Assembly (NCBI GenBank): GCA_963769885.1
Contig: CAVYNH010000006.1
Coordinates: forward strand, 416,001-480,000
Length of the DNA stretch: 64,000 nucleotides
Source of the DNA: Methanobacteriota archaeon
GTDB taxonomy: Archaea > Thermoplasmatota > E2 > DHVEG-1
Reading direction: 5' to 3'
Shown here: positions 39,088 through 49,552 of the stretch, piece by piece
How the letters are laid out: the number at the start of each line of letters is the position of its first letter
How positions within the stretch are numbered: position 1 is the stretch's first letter
Notes under the pieces: model-generated
The model's database searches: none
What the model was told of the DNA's origin: nothing
What the model saw: only the letters and a program-made list of their open reading frames with translations
Translations under genes and position numbers: made by a program

Positions 39088-40791
39088 CTACTTGTGGGTG
39101 AACACCCCGGTCAGCGTAGGCTCCCGGGCGTCGATCCGCACGAACCCGTACCGTTCGAATTGGACGATCTCCCCGACGGGGAGGCCGCCGACCGCCTGCT
39201 CCGCGTACCCCTCCGTGCTCTGCAGACTCTCAGGGTTGAACTCTTCATGGACGAAGAGGGACCCTGGGCGGACGATGGTCATCCGGATAAACTGGTCCGT
39301 CGTCCACTGCAGTTTCACGGACTCCGGCAGGATCGTCTCACCAGCGTACCCGCCGGCCAGCTCCTTGCCGGCATGCGTGAGCTTGATGTTGCAGAGGTCC
39401 TTGAGCCGGAAGACATCCCCTTTCTTGAACCGAGCGACATCCTCCCGCGGCACATAGAACACGGACGAAAGCGCGATTTCCCGCTCGCCCATCGCAGCCG
39501 CCGGATGCAGCCGAACCCGCTTCACCTTCAACGGCAGACCCGAGACGGTCAGTTTCACCGGATCCGGCACGAAAAAGAACCGCTTCACCCGAGGATCCAG
39601 AATCTTCCGATTCGCAGCCTCGACCAGGCTGAAGTCCACCACCGACTCCACCTTCGAAGTCCCCTGGGACACGACGAACTGGCGGATCGCCTCCGGCACG
39701 ATCCCCCGACGACACAGACCGCGCAGCGTCGGCAATCGCACATCATCAAACCCGGAGACCAGCCCCTGCTCGATGAGCGGCTTGATCTTCCGCTTCGACA
39801 CCGGCATCCCCTCGATGGAGAGCCGCGCGAACTCCATCAACTGAGGCTGCCGCAGCCCGAGCTTCTCCAGGATATGGAAGTACACCTCATCCCGCAGCTC
39901 ATACTCCTTCGTCCGGAACGGATGCGTCACCCCACTAAGGCTATCCTCGACCGCCCCCGCAAAATCATACGTCGGCCACAGCCGATACCGTGTCCCGGTC
40001 AATGGATGGGGGGATTCGATCACCCGGAACAACGTCGGGTCACGCATCGCCGTGTTCTTACTCGCCATATCGCCCTTCAGACGCAGGATCCCGTTCTCCA
40101 CCGATCCATCGATTAGCCCGTCGAGCAGCGCCCTCGAATCCTTGCGAGTCCGACACGCACAAGCCATCCCCTTGAACCGCGACTCACGAATCACCTCGGA
40201 AAGACAGGAACAGACATACGCATCACCCTGAACAATCAGCTGCCGGGCAAGCTCATAGTGCCGCGGAAGATGATCGGAGGTGTTGTATTCCTCATCCCAC
40301 GCGACCCCCAGCCACCGCAGGTCATCCCTCTGCGCCTCGTAGAACTCCTGCTGCGCATTCTCCGGGTTCGTGTCATCAAACCGCAAGATGAATTTCCCGT
40401 CGTACATCCGCGCGTACTCGCTGTCGATGATCGCCGCCTTCGCATGACCGATATGTAAATACCCGTTCGGCTCCGGCGGAAACCGGGTGACCACCCGCCC
40501 CTTCTGCGCCTCAGGCAGCGGAGGCAGCGCATACTCGCGCTTCTTCCTCTCCCGATGGAGGAGCTCAGGGGCAATCGCGGTCAGCTCCGTCCGCTGCTGC
40601 TCCACCGTCAACGCGTTGACCGCGGCGACGGCCTCATGGACAACGGGCATGATCTCCTTTGGGGAGACGGTGGTGCCTTTGAAGGCAGCGATGACCTTAC
40701 CGGCGACCGCCTTCTCGTTCGCCTTCCCGTCGAACTGCACGGCGTTCTGCAAGGCGTACTTACGTGCCTCATCGAAAAGCGAGCCGGGCAT
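39088..40791 (-). CDS. gltX: Glutamate--tRNA ligase, archaeal type
   Basis: ARKYALQNAV archaeal N-terminal domain, [40 protein letters not shown]. Confidence 0.93.
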   Translation of the reverse strand: MPGSLFDEARKYALQNAVQFDGKANEKAVAGKVIAAFKGTTVSPKEIMPVVHEAVAAVNALTVEQQRTELTAIAPELLHRERKKREYALPPLPEAQKGRVVTRFPPEPNGYLHIGHAKAAIIDSEYARMYDGKFILRFDDTNPENAQQEFYEAQRDDLRWLGVAWDEEYNTSDHLPRHYELARQLIVQGDAYVCSCLSEVIRESRFKGMACACRTRKDSRALLDGLIDGSVENGILRLKGDMASKNTAMRDPTLFRVIESPHPLTGTRYRLWPTYDFAGAVEDSLSGVTHPFRTKEYELRDEVYFHILEKLGLRQPQLMEFARLSIEGMPVSKRKIKPLIEQGLVSGFDDVRLPTLRGLCRRGIVPEAIRQFVVSQGTSKVESVVDFSLVEAANRKILDPRVKRFFFVPDPVKLTVSGLPLKVKRVRLHPAAAMGEREIALSSVFYVPREDVARFKKGDVFRLKDLCNIKLTHAGKELAGGYAGETILPESVKLQWTTDQFIRMTIVRPGSLFVHEEFNPESLQSTEGYAEQAVGGLPVGEIVQFERYGFVRIDAREPTLTGVFTHK

Positions 40792-40797
40792 CGTCCT

Positions 40798-41781
40798 CTA
40801 CTTCTCCCGAGTGATGGCGTAATCGGCTAAGGCCTGCAGCGTCTGTTTCACGAGAGAATCCTGCAGGATGTTGAGGCTGGCTTTCGCCTCTGCGTTGTAC
40901 TGTTGGGCGATAGACCTGGCGTATTCCACGGAGCCGGAGTCGCGGAAGATTTTCAAAGCGGCTTTGATGTCCTCATCCGAGGCCTTTGGGTTTCCGAAGA
41001 CCGTGTCGAGGGTCTTTTTCTGCTCCGGGGATGCATGATGCATGCAGTGGACCGCGATCAATGTCTTCTTCCCGTTCCTGATGTCGTTGCCGATGTCTTT
41101 TCCGAGGACAGTGACGTTACTACTCACGTCCAGGTAATCATCCCAGATCTGGAAGGATAACCCAAGGAACATGCCGTACTTCGCGAGCGCATCAACCTCT
41201 TCGGGGGAGCCGCCGCCGATGCGGGCGCCGCCTTTCGCAGCGAGCTCAAAGAGCACCCCCGTCTTCTTGTTGATCATCTGGAGGTATTCCTTTTCGGTGA
41301 TGGTTTTTCGCCGTTCAAAGTCCATGTCCAGTTCTTGGCCTTCACAGATGTTCAGGATGCATTGGACGAGGTCGCCGTCCAGTTCCTTGAACATCCCCAG
41401 GTCCACGTTCAGCTCCAGCATCGCCTCGAAGGCTTTCGCGAAGAGCAGATCACCGGCAAGGATCGCGGTCGCCTCCCCGTACTTCACGTGGACGGTCTGC
41501 AGGCCGCGGCGGATCAGGGACTTGTCCATGATGTCGTCATGGATGAGGGTGAAGTTGTGCATCAGCTCCAATGCGGCGCCGAAGGGGAGCACAGAACTCG
41601 CGTCGCCGAAGACGCTCTCACAGGCAAGCATGGCGATGGCAGGGCGCATGCGTTTCCCGCCGCCGAGGGGGAGGTGGCGTGCCGCCTCATAGAGCCGTGC
41701 GGGGTCGCTTTGCAGGAGGAAATGATGCCAGTAGGAGTCGAAGATGGTCACTCGTTTGGACAGCTCATCAGTCAATATCAT
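40798..41781 (-). CDS. idsA: Geranylgeranyl diphosphate synthase
   Basis: GGKRMRP, LIHDDIMD (FARM), FQIWDDYLD (SARM), GKDIGNDIRNGK. Confidence 0.9.
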   Translation of the reverse strand: MILTDELSKRVTIFDSYWHHFLLQSDPARLYEAARHLPLGGGKRMRPAIAMLACESVFGDASSVLPFGAALELMHNFTLIHDDIMDKSLIRRGLQTVHVKYGEATAILAGDLLFAKAFEAMLELNVDLGMFKELDGDLVQCILNICEGQELDMDFERRKTITEKEYLQMINKKTGVLFELAAKGGARIGGGSPEEVDALAKYGMFLGLSFQIWDDYLDVSSNVTVLGKDIGNDIRNGKKTLIAVHCMHHASPEQKKTLDTVFGNPKASDEDIKAALKIFRDSGSVEYARSIAQQYNAEAKASLNILQDSLVKQTLQALADYAITREK

Positions 41782-42811
41782 AGGTCACTTCCGTAGTGGA
41801 GAGCTTGTCGATGGAGTCCGCGCCGACGAGGAACATTGTGGTGCGCAGCTCACGGAGGATGGTTTCGCATTCGAGGACCGTGGCCTTCGCGTCCTTGAGC
41901 GCGGGTTTGAGCATGGCATGGGCGATGCCCGCGGCGCTGGCCCCAAGGGCGAGGGCCCTTGCGGCGTCCAGACCGGTGCGGATGCCGCCGGTGGCGATGA
42001 TCGGCAGCTCCCAGTTTGTGGCCTTGCCGACTTCGAGGATGGAGGTAGGAGTCGGGATTCCCCAGTTCCAGAAGGTGGTGCCTTGCCGGCTGTTGACCAT
42101 GTCTCCTTTTGCTTTGGCGCGGTAGTGTTCGACGGCCGCGAAGGAGGTGCCGCCGGCACCGCCGACGTCAATGGCCGCGATCTTGGTTTTTTTCAGGGAC
42201 CTGGCGACGTCTTCGCTGATGCCCGCTCCGCTTTCTTTGATGAGGATGGGGCGGCTGAATTCTCGGGAGAGCATGTCGATGATGTCGAGGCATCCTTTGG
42301 CGCGGGCTTCGCCCTCGGGCTGGATGGCTTCTTGGAGGAAGTTGAGGCAGACGGCGAGGACGTCCGCGTCGATCATGTTGACGATTTTTTCGGCGTTCGC
42401 GAGGATGTCTTGTTTTGACCAGAGGACCATTTGAGAGGCGCCGATGTTGGCGATTTTGAGGGGGATGTTGTAGTCGGTGATGACGCTGTAGGTGTCGATG
42501 AGTTTGTCGTTTTCGAGGGCGGCGCGTTGGGATCCGACGCCGAGGGCGAGCTGGTGTTCGGCGGCGGCCGCGGCGAGGTGTTCGTTGATCTTTTTTCCTT
42601 CGGGGTAGCCGCCGGTCATTCCCGAGAGGACGATGGGGGCGCCGAGGTGTTTGCCCAGGAGCGTGGTGGTGAGGTCGATGTCTGGTTCGTTGATTTCGGG
42701 GAGCGCGTTGTGTTTGAGGTTGACGTCGTCCCAGTAGTTGTGGGTCATGGCGACGTTTTCTTTGGCGGAGATTTGGATGTGGTCGCGTTTTCGTTCTTCC
42801 GTCTGGTTCAT
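41768..42811 (-). CDS. fni: Type 2 isopentenyl-diphosphate isomerase
   Basis: ERKRDHI, GMTGG, GVGSQR, LQEAIQPEG, IKESGAG, GAGGTSF, TGGIRTG. Confidence 0.95.
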   Translation of the reverse strand: MNQTEERKRDHIQISAKENVAMTHNYWDDVNLKHNALPEINEPDIDLTTTLLGKHLGAPIVLSGMTGGYPEGKKINEHLAAAAAEHQLALGVGSQRAALENDKLIDTYSVITDYNIPLKIANIGASQMVLWSKQDILANAEKIVNMIDADVLAVCLNFLQEAIQPEGEARAKGCLDIIDMLSREFSRPILIKESGAGISEDVARSLKKTKIAAIDVGGAGGTSFAAVEHYRAKAKGDMVNSRQGTTFWNWGIPTPTSILEVGKATNWELPIIATGGIRTGLDAARALALGASAAGIAHAMLKPALKDAKATVLECETILRELRTTMFLVGADSIDKLSTTEVTYDID

Positions 42812-43590
42812 TGTCGTGCTCCTTGGATGATGGTCTGCCTGGTTGATGTACCGTTGAGTGTATCGGCTAGCCGGTTTTTTACGTTGCCATTGACGAGTGT
42901 GACGTCGATGCCGAGGCGGGCGATGGCGGCGATGGTTTCGAGTTTGCCTTGCATGCCTCTGGTGACGTCGGCGCGGGTGTCGAGGCTGGTGGTGAGTCGG
43001 GAGAGGTCATTTACGGTTGTGGTTTCGATGAAGGTGGCGTCGGGGTGGGTTTTAGGATTGGCGGTGTAAAGGCCGTCTTCGTCGATGACGAAGATTGCTT
43101 TTTTGGGGTGGAAGTGGTCGGCGAGGGTCTGCATGAGGAGGTCGCCGCTGCAGATGCTGCCGGTGAGGCTTGTGTCGAGGGCGACGTCGCCGAAGGTGAC
43201 GGGGGTGAAGCCGGCCTTTTGGTATTTCGTGAAGAGGTCGTAATGGATTGTCTTGAGGGTGTGGTTGTCGAGTTCGAGGATGGCGTGGGGTGGGAGGGAG
43301 ACGGCGGGGATGCCGTGTTTTTGGAGGGCGTCGAGGATGTGGGTGTTGAGGTGGGTGACGCTGACGTGGGTTTGGGCGAAGCCGAGGATCTGGCTGGGGC
43401 GGGTGAGTCCGTGGTCGAGGTTGTGTGTTTTGGCGAGGATGTGGCCGAAGGAGCCGGCGCCGTGGACGATGATGAGGTCGTGTTTTGTTGTGGCGAGTTC
43501 GGCGGCGAGGCGGTCCATGGTGTCTGCTCGGTAGGTGTTGGGTGTGGCTTTGTCGGTGATGACGCTGCCGCCGAGTTTGACCAAGATCAT
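42808..43590 (-). CDS. ipk: Isopentenyl phosphate kinase
   Basis: KLGGSVITDK, VHGAGSFGH, ICSGD, DVTRGMQGK. Confidence 0.92.
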   Translation of the reverse strand: MILVKLGGSVITDKATPNTYRADTMDRLAAELATTKHDLIIVHGAGSFGHILAKTHNLDHGLTRPSQILGFAQTHVSVTHLNTHILDALQKHGIPAVSLPPHAILELDNHTLKTIHYDLFTKYQKAGFTPVTFGDVALDTSLTGSICSGDLLMQTLADHFHPKKAIFVIDEDGLYTANPKTHPDATFIETTTVNDLSRLTTSLDTRADVTRGMQGKLETIAAIARLGIDVTLVNGNVKNRLADTLNGTSTRQTIIQGARQ

Positions 43591-43651
43591 ATGGGTATGA
43601 GGATGGGGAATGCTATAAAAAAGTGTTGTGCCTGGATGTTTCCGCTCTTTT

Positions 43652-43927
43652 TCAGTCGTGTTTTTGACTTGAGAAGAGCTCTTTTCCTTTGTTTTGTTCG
43701 TGGATTAGCCACAGCGAGATGGGCATGCCGCTTTGGGGGCTGCGCATGATGGATTGGGACCAGGCCTGGAGTTCGTCTTCGGTGGTGTGTTTTTGGCAGT
43801 CTTCGCAGATGAAGAATTTGTCGCTGAAGACGAGTCCGTGTTGGTTTTCGTGGAGAAAAAACTTGGTGTGGCATAGTTCACAGGTTTTTTCTGCGATGGT
43901 CTCTTCCTCCATCACCGTGATTGTCAT
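43652..43927 (-). CDS. Small zinc-finger protein
   Basis: CELC and CEDC motifs; coding-like composition. Confidence 0.65.
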   Translation of the reverse strand: MTITVMEEETIAEKTCELCHTKFFLHENQHGLVFSDKFFICEDCQKHTTEDELQAWSQSIMRSPQSGMPISLWLIHEQNKGKELFSSQKHD

Positions 43928-44193
43928 TGGTTGGAATCCCACTCGCTGCTCTTAAATGTTTTCTCTGACGCGCGTGTGAAGAATGAGCTAGGAAAAAGAG
44001 GGAGGTAAGGAGGGATGGGATGCGTTTTTTTGAGGAGAGGATGTTTGGGGCGTGGCTGGGTTGTTTTACCTCCTTTACCTAGTCCAGCTACACATCTAGG
44101 AACCAGCTGCGGGTTTATGAAGGTGAGTGGGGGGTCGGCGAAACTATTCAAAGGCTTTGTCTCAAATCTATTTTTTTCCATGCGTATCGCCTG

Positions 44194-44532
44194 TCAAAAA
44201 TTGAAAATCCGTTCGTAATCCTTATGCGGAAACCATTCAAGGATGATGTTGAGAATCATAACGTGATCCTCGTAAATTGTATAGATCATCCTCCAAGCGT
44301 GGGGGAGGTTGTATTTCCAAAGGTTCGTGAGCTGGTAGCGTTTTGTATAACTCCGAGGCCAAAGCCGTCGAGGAATCTTCTTGCCGCTCATCGGGTTTAC
44401 TTTCAAGTCTCCGATGGCGCGTTCGAGAGAAGCATAGAGATGTCGTTCTTCGTAAGTTCCATTCTTTAGTTGATTGAATTTCTTCTCAAGAAGAAGTGAT
44501 GCGAAGGCGACGTGGATTGGTTTTGTGTTCAT
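44194..44532 (-). CDS. RelE/ParE-like protein (putative toxin)
   Basis: 112 aa basic; LKVNPMSG...LWKYNLPHAWRMIYT...HKDYERIF; ATGA overlap with the upstream gene. Confidence 0.6.
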   Translation of the reverse strand: MNTKPIHVAFASLLLEKKFNQLKNGTYEERHLYASLERAIGDLKVNPMSGKKIPRRLWPRSYTKRYQLTNLWKYNLPHAWRMIYTIYEDHVMILNIILEWFPHKDYERIFNF

Positions 44533-44786
44533 CGGAGTTTAACCCCGGATGATAATATTTTCTTAATCATCTCAGGATTCCACGTCCACACGAGGCGATT
44601 GTCTGTATCGACCATGATCTTCCCGGACTCGATGAGGTAATCAATGATCACGCAGAAGGTCTGGTACATGACTTTTTTCGGGAGTGCCTTCCACAGCTGA
44701 GTCTTCGTCTGGTAGTCCATTTTCTTCATGGTCTGTTCAACCATAAGAATGGTACTGAGGGTCGGGGAGTGTAATGGGTTGTTCAT
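44529..44786 (-). CDS. Small winged-helix-like protein (putative antitoxin); start could be further upstream
   Basis: PTLSTILMVE...KTQLWKALPKKVMYQTF..IIDYL..SGKI; coupled to the RelE-like gene; AT-rich. Confidence 0.6.
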   Translation of the reverse strand: MNNPLHSPTLSTILMVEQTMKKMDYQTKTQLWKALPKKVMYQTFCVIIDYLIESGKIMVDTDNRLVWTWNPEMIKKILSSGVKLR

Positions 44787-45012
44787 CGACTCATGCCTAT
44801 TATATAAGTTTATACAATCCTGATATTTATAGATTGCGTTTTCAATAGCTGACTGCTCTTGATTTGGATCCATTGGTACCTCCCGTTCAATATTCAGACA
44901 AGATGCTGTATGAATTCCAGTATTGATAAAGTTCAAGGTGGGCAGTGAAACTATTCAAGGACCCTAAAAAAATGAGAAAATAAAAGGAAAAAGATGGGGA
45001 GGAGAACCGTGT

Positions 45013-46110
45013 CTATTGGTTCTGCTCTTGGAAGGTGGTGAGGAAGGCGCAGAGCGCCTTGGTGGAGTCCAGGCTGACCGCGTTGTAGATCGAGGCGCGC
45101 ATACCGCCGACGTCGCGGTGTCCCTTGAGGCCGATGAGGCCGTTCTTCTTCGCCTCATCGACACACTTGGCTTCGAGCTCTGGGGTGGCGAGGTTGAAGG
45201 TGACGTTCATCAAGGAGCGGCTGTCTTTTTCGGCGACGCCGCGGTAGAACCCGTTGGAGCGGTCGATGACGTCGTAGACGAGCCTGGCCTTCTCGCGGTT
45301 CACTTTCTCGATGGCGGGGATGCCGCCCATGCTCTTGAGGTGGTCGAGGACGAGTTCGCAGAGGTAGATGGCGAAGCACGGCGGGGTGTTGTAGAGCGAA
45401 TCCTTTTCGGCGTGGGTCTTCCATTTCAGCATGGTTGGCGTGTTCTCCGGGACGCGGGTGAGGAGGTCTTCGCGGACGATGACGATGGTGACGCCGGCGG
45501 GGCCGAGGTTCTTCTGTGCTCCGGCGTAGAGGACGCCGAATTTCTTGACATCGATGACCTTGTCCATGAAGTCGGAGGAGTTGTCACAGGCCAAGGGAAC
45601 ATTTGAGGGGACGGTGGGCCAGGTGTGCCATTCGATGCCGCCGATGGTCTCGTTCGCGGTGATGTGGGCGAAGGAGGCGTTGTCGCTGAAGACGACGTTC
45701 TTGGGGATGTAGGTGAATTTCTTGTCCTCGGAGCTGGCGACGATCTTGACTTCGCCGTAGAGCTTGGCTTCCTTGATGGCTTTCTTGGCCCAGGCGCCGG
45801 TGTTGACGTACTCCATGGGCTTGCCCGGTTGTTGGAGGTTGAGGGGGACGTCGAAGAACTGGGTGGAGGCGCCGCCTTGGAGCCAGAGGATCTTGTAGTC
45901 GGTGGGGATGCCCATGAGGCCGCGGAGGAGTTCGGTGGCGTTCTTGTGGGTGGCGTCGTACTCCTTGGAGCGGTGGCTGACTTCGAGGACGGACATGCCG
46001 GTGCCTTTGTAGTTGAGGAGTTCTTTTTGGGCTTTTTCGAGGACCGGGAGCGGGAGGGCTGCGGGGCCGGGGTTGAAGTTGTGGACTCTCTTGGTGATGA
46101 GTTCTGGCAT
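45013..46110 (-). CDS. serC: Phosphoserine aminotransferase, bacterial type
   Basis: NFNPGPAALP, SHRS, LQGGASTQF, YAGAQKNLGPAG, NTPP, GHRDVGGMRASIYNA. Confidence 0.93.
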   Translation of the reverse strand: MPELITKRVHNFNPGPAALPLPVLEKAQKELLNYKGTGMSVLEVSHRSKEYDATHKNATELLRGLMGIPTDYKILWLQGGASTQFFDVPLNLQQPGKPMEYVNTGAWAKKAIKEAKLYGEVKIVASSEDKKFTYIPKNVVFSDNASFAHITANETIGGIEWHTWPTVPSNVPLACDNSSDFMDKVIDVKKFGVLYAGAQKNLGPAGVTIVIVREDLLTRVPENTPTMLKWKTHAEKDSLYNTPPCFAIYLCELVLDHLKSMGGIPAIEKVNREKARLVYDVIDRSNGFYRGVAEKDSRSLMNVTFNLATPELEAKCVDEAKKNGLIGLKGHRDVGGMRASIYNAVSLDSTKALCAFLTTFQEQNQ

Positions 46111-46166
46111 AGGTATCGGGAACCAGGTATGGCTCGGAGAGATTTAAAGGATTCGGAGGGGGTGGT

Positions 46167-47996
46167 TTATAGGAGAAAAGCTGTAGTTTTTCTTAAAAGT
46201 ATTTGACAACCCAGATGTGAGTCTCGGGTACTGTTACCGGAGGCATCGTAGGCGACTGCACTGACTTTGTGCTCTCCAAAGGAGAGAGCCCTCCAGGTCC
46301 ATTGGTAGGGCGCCTGGGTGTCGGTGGCTTTGATAGAGTCATCAAGGAGGAAGTCGACGTGGACGATGCCGAAGGGCGTCTGACTTGCGTTCGCCTCTAT
46401 CGTAAGTGGTCCAATGGCGAAGGGCTCTTTGGTTCGGAACATCTGATGATTGAGAATGTAGAGGAAACAATGCGGTCTGGTGATTTGAACCGCAGGGTGT
46501 TCGTACACAATGCTGACCACAGCGGTATCGGAGCTGTGGTTGCCATCATTATCAGTGACAGTTACGATCGCAGTGTAGCTGCCGACGGTCGCATAGGTGT
46601 GACTTGGATTCGGTTGATCTGAGGAGTTTCCATCGCCGAAGTCCCAGTGATAGGTGTATGGTGGTGTGCCGCCGAAGGCATCGCTTCTGAATTGGACCGC
46701 TTTTTGGTAGAAACCGTTGTATGGGCCGTAGGCATCAATAATGAGCGGCCCGCGGCCGAAGGCATAGAGATAACAGTATCCATCACTATTTTTACAACCG
46801 ATATAGACAGTGCCATCTTCACCAATAGCAGGCGACGAGTCTACCCAGCCAGAGGAAACCAAAATTTGCTCCCAGCGTTTGGTCCCGCTAGGGTTGATAG
46901 CAATGATTTTTCCTCCTTCAGCGTCTCCAATATGGGCACCGATGTAGACGATACCTTCGGCTGAGATTGCGGGTGAGGACCATTCAATAAAGCTACTGGA
47001 ATCAAGCACATAGGTCCAGCGCATCGTTCCATTCGGATTGATGGTGTAAATATCTTTGCCACCAATGTAAATGATCCCATCAGGTCCAATCGAGGGATTG
47101 ACTTTAGAACCAGATCCAATACGACAACGCCAGACCAACGAACCATTCGAGGGATTAAGGGCATATAAGTAGCCGTCCCAAGAGGCGATGTACACGGTGC
47201 CATCCGCGGCAATAGAGGCGGATCCCATGACGCGATCGCCAGTCTTGTATCGCCAGCGGAGTGCTCCATTCGGATTCACCGCATAAATATAGGTATCCGC
47301 GGAACCAAAGAAAATCCCTCCATCCAAGCCAATGACCGGTGCAGAGGTAACATACCATCCTGTATGATACCGCCACAATTCTGCCCCATTGGGAGTAAAT
47401 GCTATCAGACTGTTTTCAGGATCGTTAGTTGTAATATAGATTGTTCCATCATCAGCGATGACGGGAGAGCCATAACTGATAATGGAGCGGCAATTATAGG
47501 CCCATTTCACGGTCCCATCAGGATTAAAGGCATACATGTATTTGTTCCAGCATCCAACATAAATTGTTCCGTCAGCAGCAATGGCTGGCGTGGTTTCAAC
47601 AAATCCACCCGTATTTTCACCCATATAACGGCGCCATTTCATGGTTCCATTCAAGTAGGCAGCATTCATATAGAAATCGTTGCTCCCGAAATACAAAACG
47701 CCGTCCTTATCAATGGCAATCCCACCATCAATGGAAAAGGGGCCTACAAGTAACCGCCATTTTATTATCCCTGGAGAATCAGCGGTCGAGTACGGGCTCA
47801 GACCTGTATGTCGGGTATCATGGCAAGCCATCGGCCATGAAGAATTCTGCAGACCTCCAAATGAGACGCCAAGAATATTCTGAGAGTGCTCCTTGGTTGA
47901 CTGCGTCGCGACCGAGGGCGGGAAAAAACATTGAGCAATCATCAACCCCGCAAGAACAAGAAGACCAAACGCTCTGACCGGGCTCATCGGCGTCAC
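46167..47996 (-). CDS. Secreted PQQ-like beta-propeller + PKD + Ig-like protein (true end possibly 46193)
   Basis: Signal peptide, WPMACHDTRHTG, repeated SxPxI..DG.IY.G...YA.NPxG..KW blades, WDFGDG PKD, AYDASGN; lower GC. Confidence 0.85.
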   Translation of the reverse strand: MTPMSPVRAFGLLVLAGLMIAQCFFPPSVATQSTKEHSQNILGVSFGGLQNSSWPMACHDTRHTGLSPYSTADSPGIIKWRLLVGPFSIDGGIAIDKDGVLYFGSNDFYMNAAYLNGTMKWRRYMGENTGGFVETTPAIAADGTIYVGCWNKYMYAFNPDGTVKWAYNCRSIISYGSPVIADDGTIYITTNDPENSLIAFTPNGAELWRYHTGWYVTSAPVIGLDGGIFFGSADTYIYAVNPNGALRWRYKTGDRVMGSASIAADGTVYIASWDGYLYALNPSNGSLVWRCRIGSGSKVNPSIGPDGIIYIGGKDIYTINPNGTMRWTYVLDSSSFIEWSSPAISAEGIVYIGAHIGDAEGGKIIAINPSGTKRWEQILVSSGWVDSSPAIGEDGTVYIGCKNSDGYCYLYAFGRGPLIIDAYGPYNGFYQKAVQFRSDAFGGTPPYTYHWDFGDGNSSDQPNPSHTYATVGSYTAIVTVTDNDGNHSSDTAVVSIVYEHPAVQITRPHCFLYILNHQMFRTKEPFAIGPLTIEANASQTPFGIVHVDFLLDDSIKATDTQAPYQWTWRALSFGEHKVSAVAYDASGNSTRDSHLGCQILLRKTTAFLL

Positions 47997-48100
47997 CGCA
48001 ATCCCCCAGTTTCTCTTGTATTAATATACACTTAATCCATTAAAATCTTTCCAAGAGCCTTAAAAAGACCTCAACCGAACTAAAAGGGGACAACGCCTGG

Positions 48101-49494
48101 TTATTCGATGAGCTTGAATCCTTCTTCCAGCGTCACCTTGGAGATGACCAGCGGCGCCGGCTTCCCCTTCTCAGACGGGATCTCCGCCACCTCATGGACC
48201 GTAACGTGTACGCCGGGCCCGACCTTCGCCTCGTACGCCTCCCGCACCTTCTGAAGAATCACCTCGACCGATGGCCCCACGTTGCGCAGCTCCTCGTCAA
48301 TGACCAGCCGCACGTCAACCTCATCGACCTTCTCCTGCACGATTTGGTACTGCTTCACCTTGAAGGTCTTCAGATCACGCAACGCATAGTTGAGAATCGC
48401 GAATGACGCGGCCGGGAACACCCGGCCGTCCGGCAGCACCACGTACGTGCTCGCCCGCCCCGCCACCCCATGCTTCAGTGTCGGCGTCCGTAGCCCACAC
48501 GCACACGACGTCTCACCCTGCACCGCGACCCAATCATCGATCCCGGTGTACCGGATGAACGGCGTCCCACTCCCAAACAACCTTGTCATCACCAGATGAC
48601 CGGTCACCCCCTCCGGCACAAGCCGCTGATGCTCATCCATGACCTCCACCTGGAACAAGTCATGGTTCACATGCCACGTGCCTTCCAAGCATTCGAACGC
48701 GATATCCGCGCCCGACTCCGCCGCGCCATACACGTTCACCATCCGGCAGCCGAACGCATCCTCCACGTACCGCCGCGTGTACTCATCCAACACATACCCG
48801 CCGCACATCAGGACCTTCGGGCGGACGTGCTCCCCAAAGCCCCGCTTCTTCAGATGCGCGAGATGCTGGAACGTTACCGGGTACAAGATGAGGGCATCCG
48901 GACGGAACACATCCAGCTTCCCCAAAAGCTCCTTCATCGGCTCAAACGTGTTCGCCATCAACATATTCTTCTGCGTGTTCACAATCCTGATCCGCTCCGA
49001 GAACCCCCGCTGGAAGACCTCATCCGCCTTCCCCGGCGTGAAGTTCCCGATATGCGCGCTACGCGCCCTCCGCCAGTCCAACCCATATACTCTGAGCTCC
49101 CGCAGGAACGACCCTGCGGCCATCGACAGCGTCGCGAAATCCGTGTAGAACTGCACAGGCTTGCCCGTCGACCCGCTCGTGTTCAGCGGCACCGCCCGCC
49201 GACGCGCCCCCTGCGGCAGCGTCCCCTCCGGTACCCACCCATGATCTCCTGCTTGGACACTAACGGCAGCAGCGGCAGGTCAGCCGTCCCACGAATCCGA
49301 CCCAGGTCAATCCCCTGGTACTTCCGCTGGTACAACGGCGTCGTGCCCGCGGCCCGTACGACCCCGCGCAGCCCCCGGTCCCGAAACGACGCAAGATCCG
49401 CGGTCGACCGGCCCTCCAGCCGACCCGGCGCCCACAACGTATTCCGTAGAAACGCCTGAAGCACCCAGGGATTCACCAGCGGACTCAACGCCAT
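48101..49494 (-). CDS. Phenylacetate-CoA ligase (PaaK)-like adenylate-forming protein; frameshift at about 49230
   Basis: PLYQRKY...LPLLPLVSK in one frame; TSGSTGKP, YGAAE, PFIRY, CACG, YQIVQE in the other. Confidence 0.8.
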
Positions 49495-49552
49495 TCCCCT
49501 TCCGTTGAGCAATCATTAAATAGCTTCTTAACCGTATCGGTTCCCACACACT

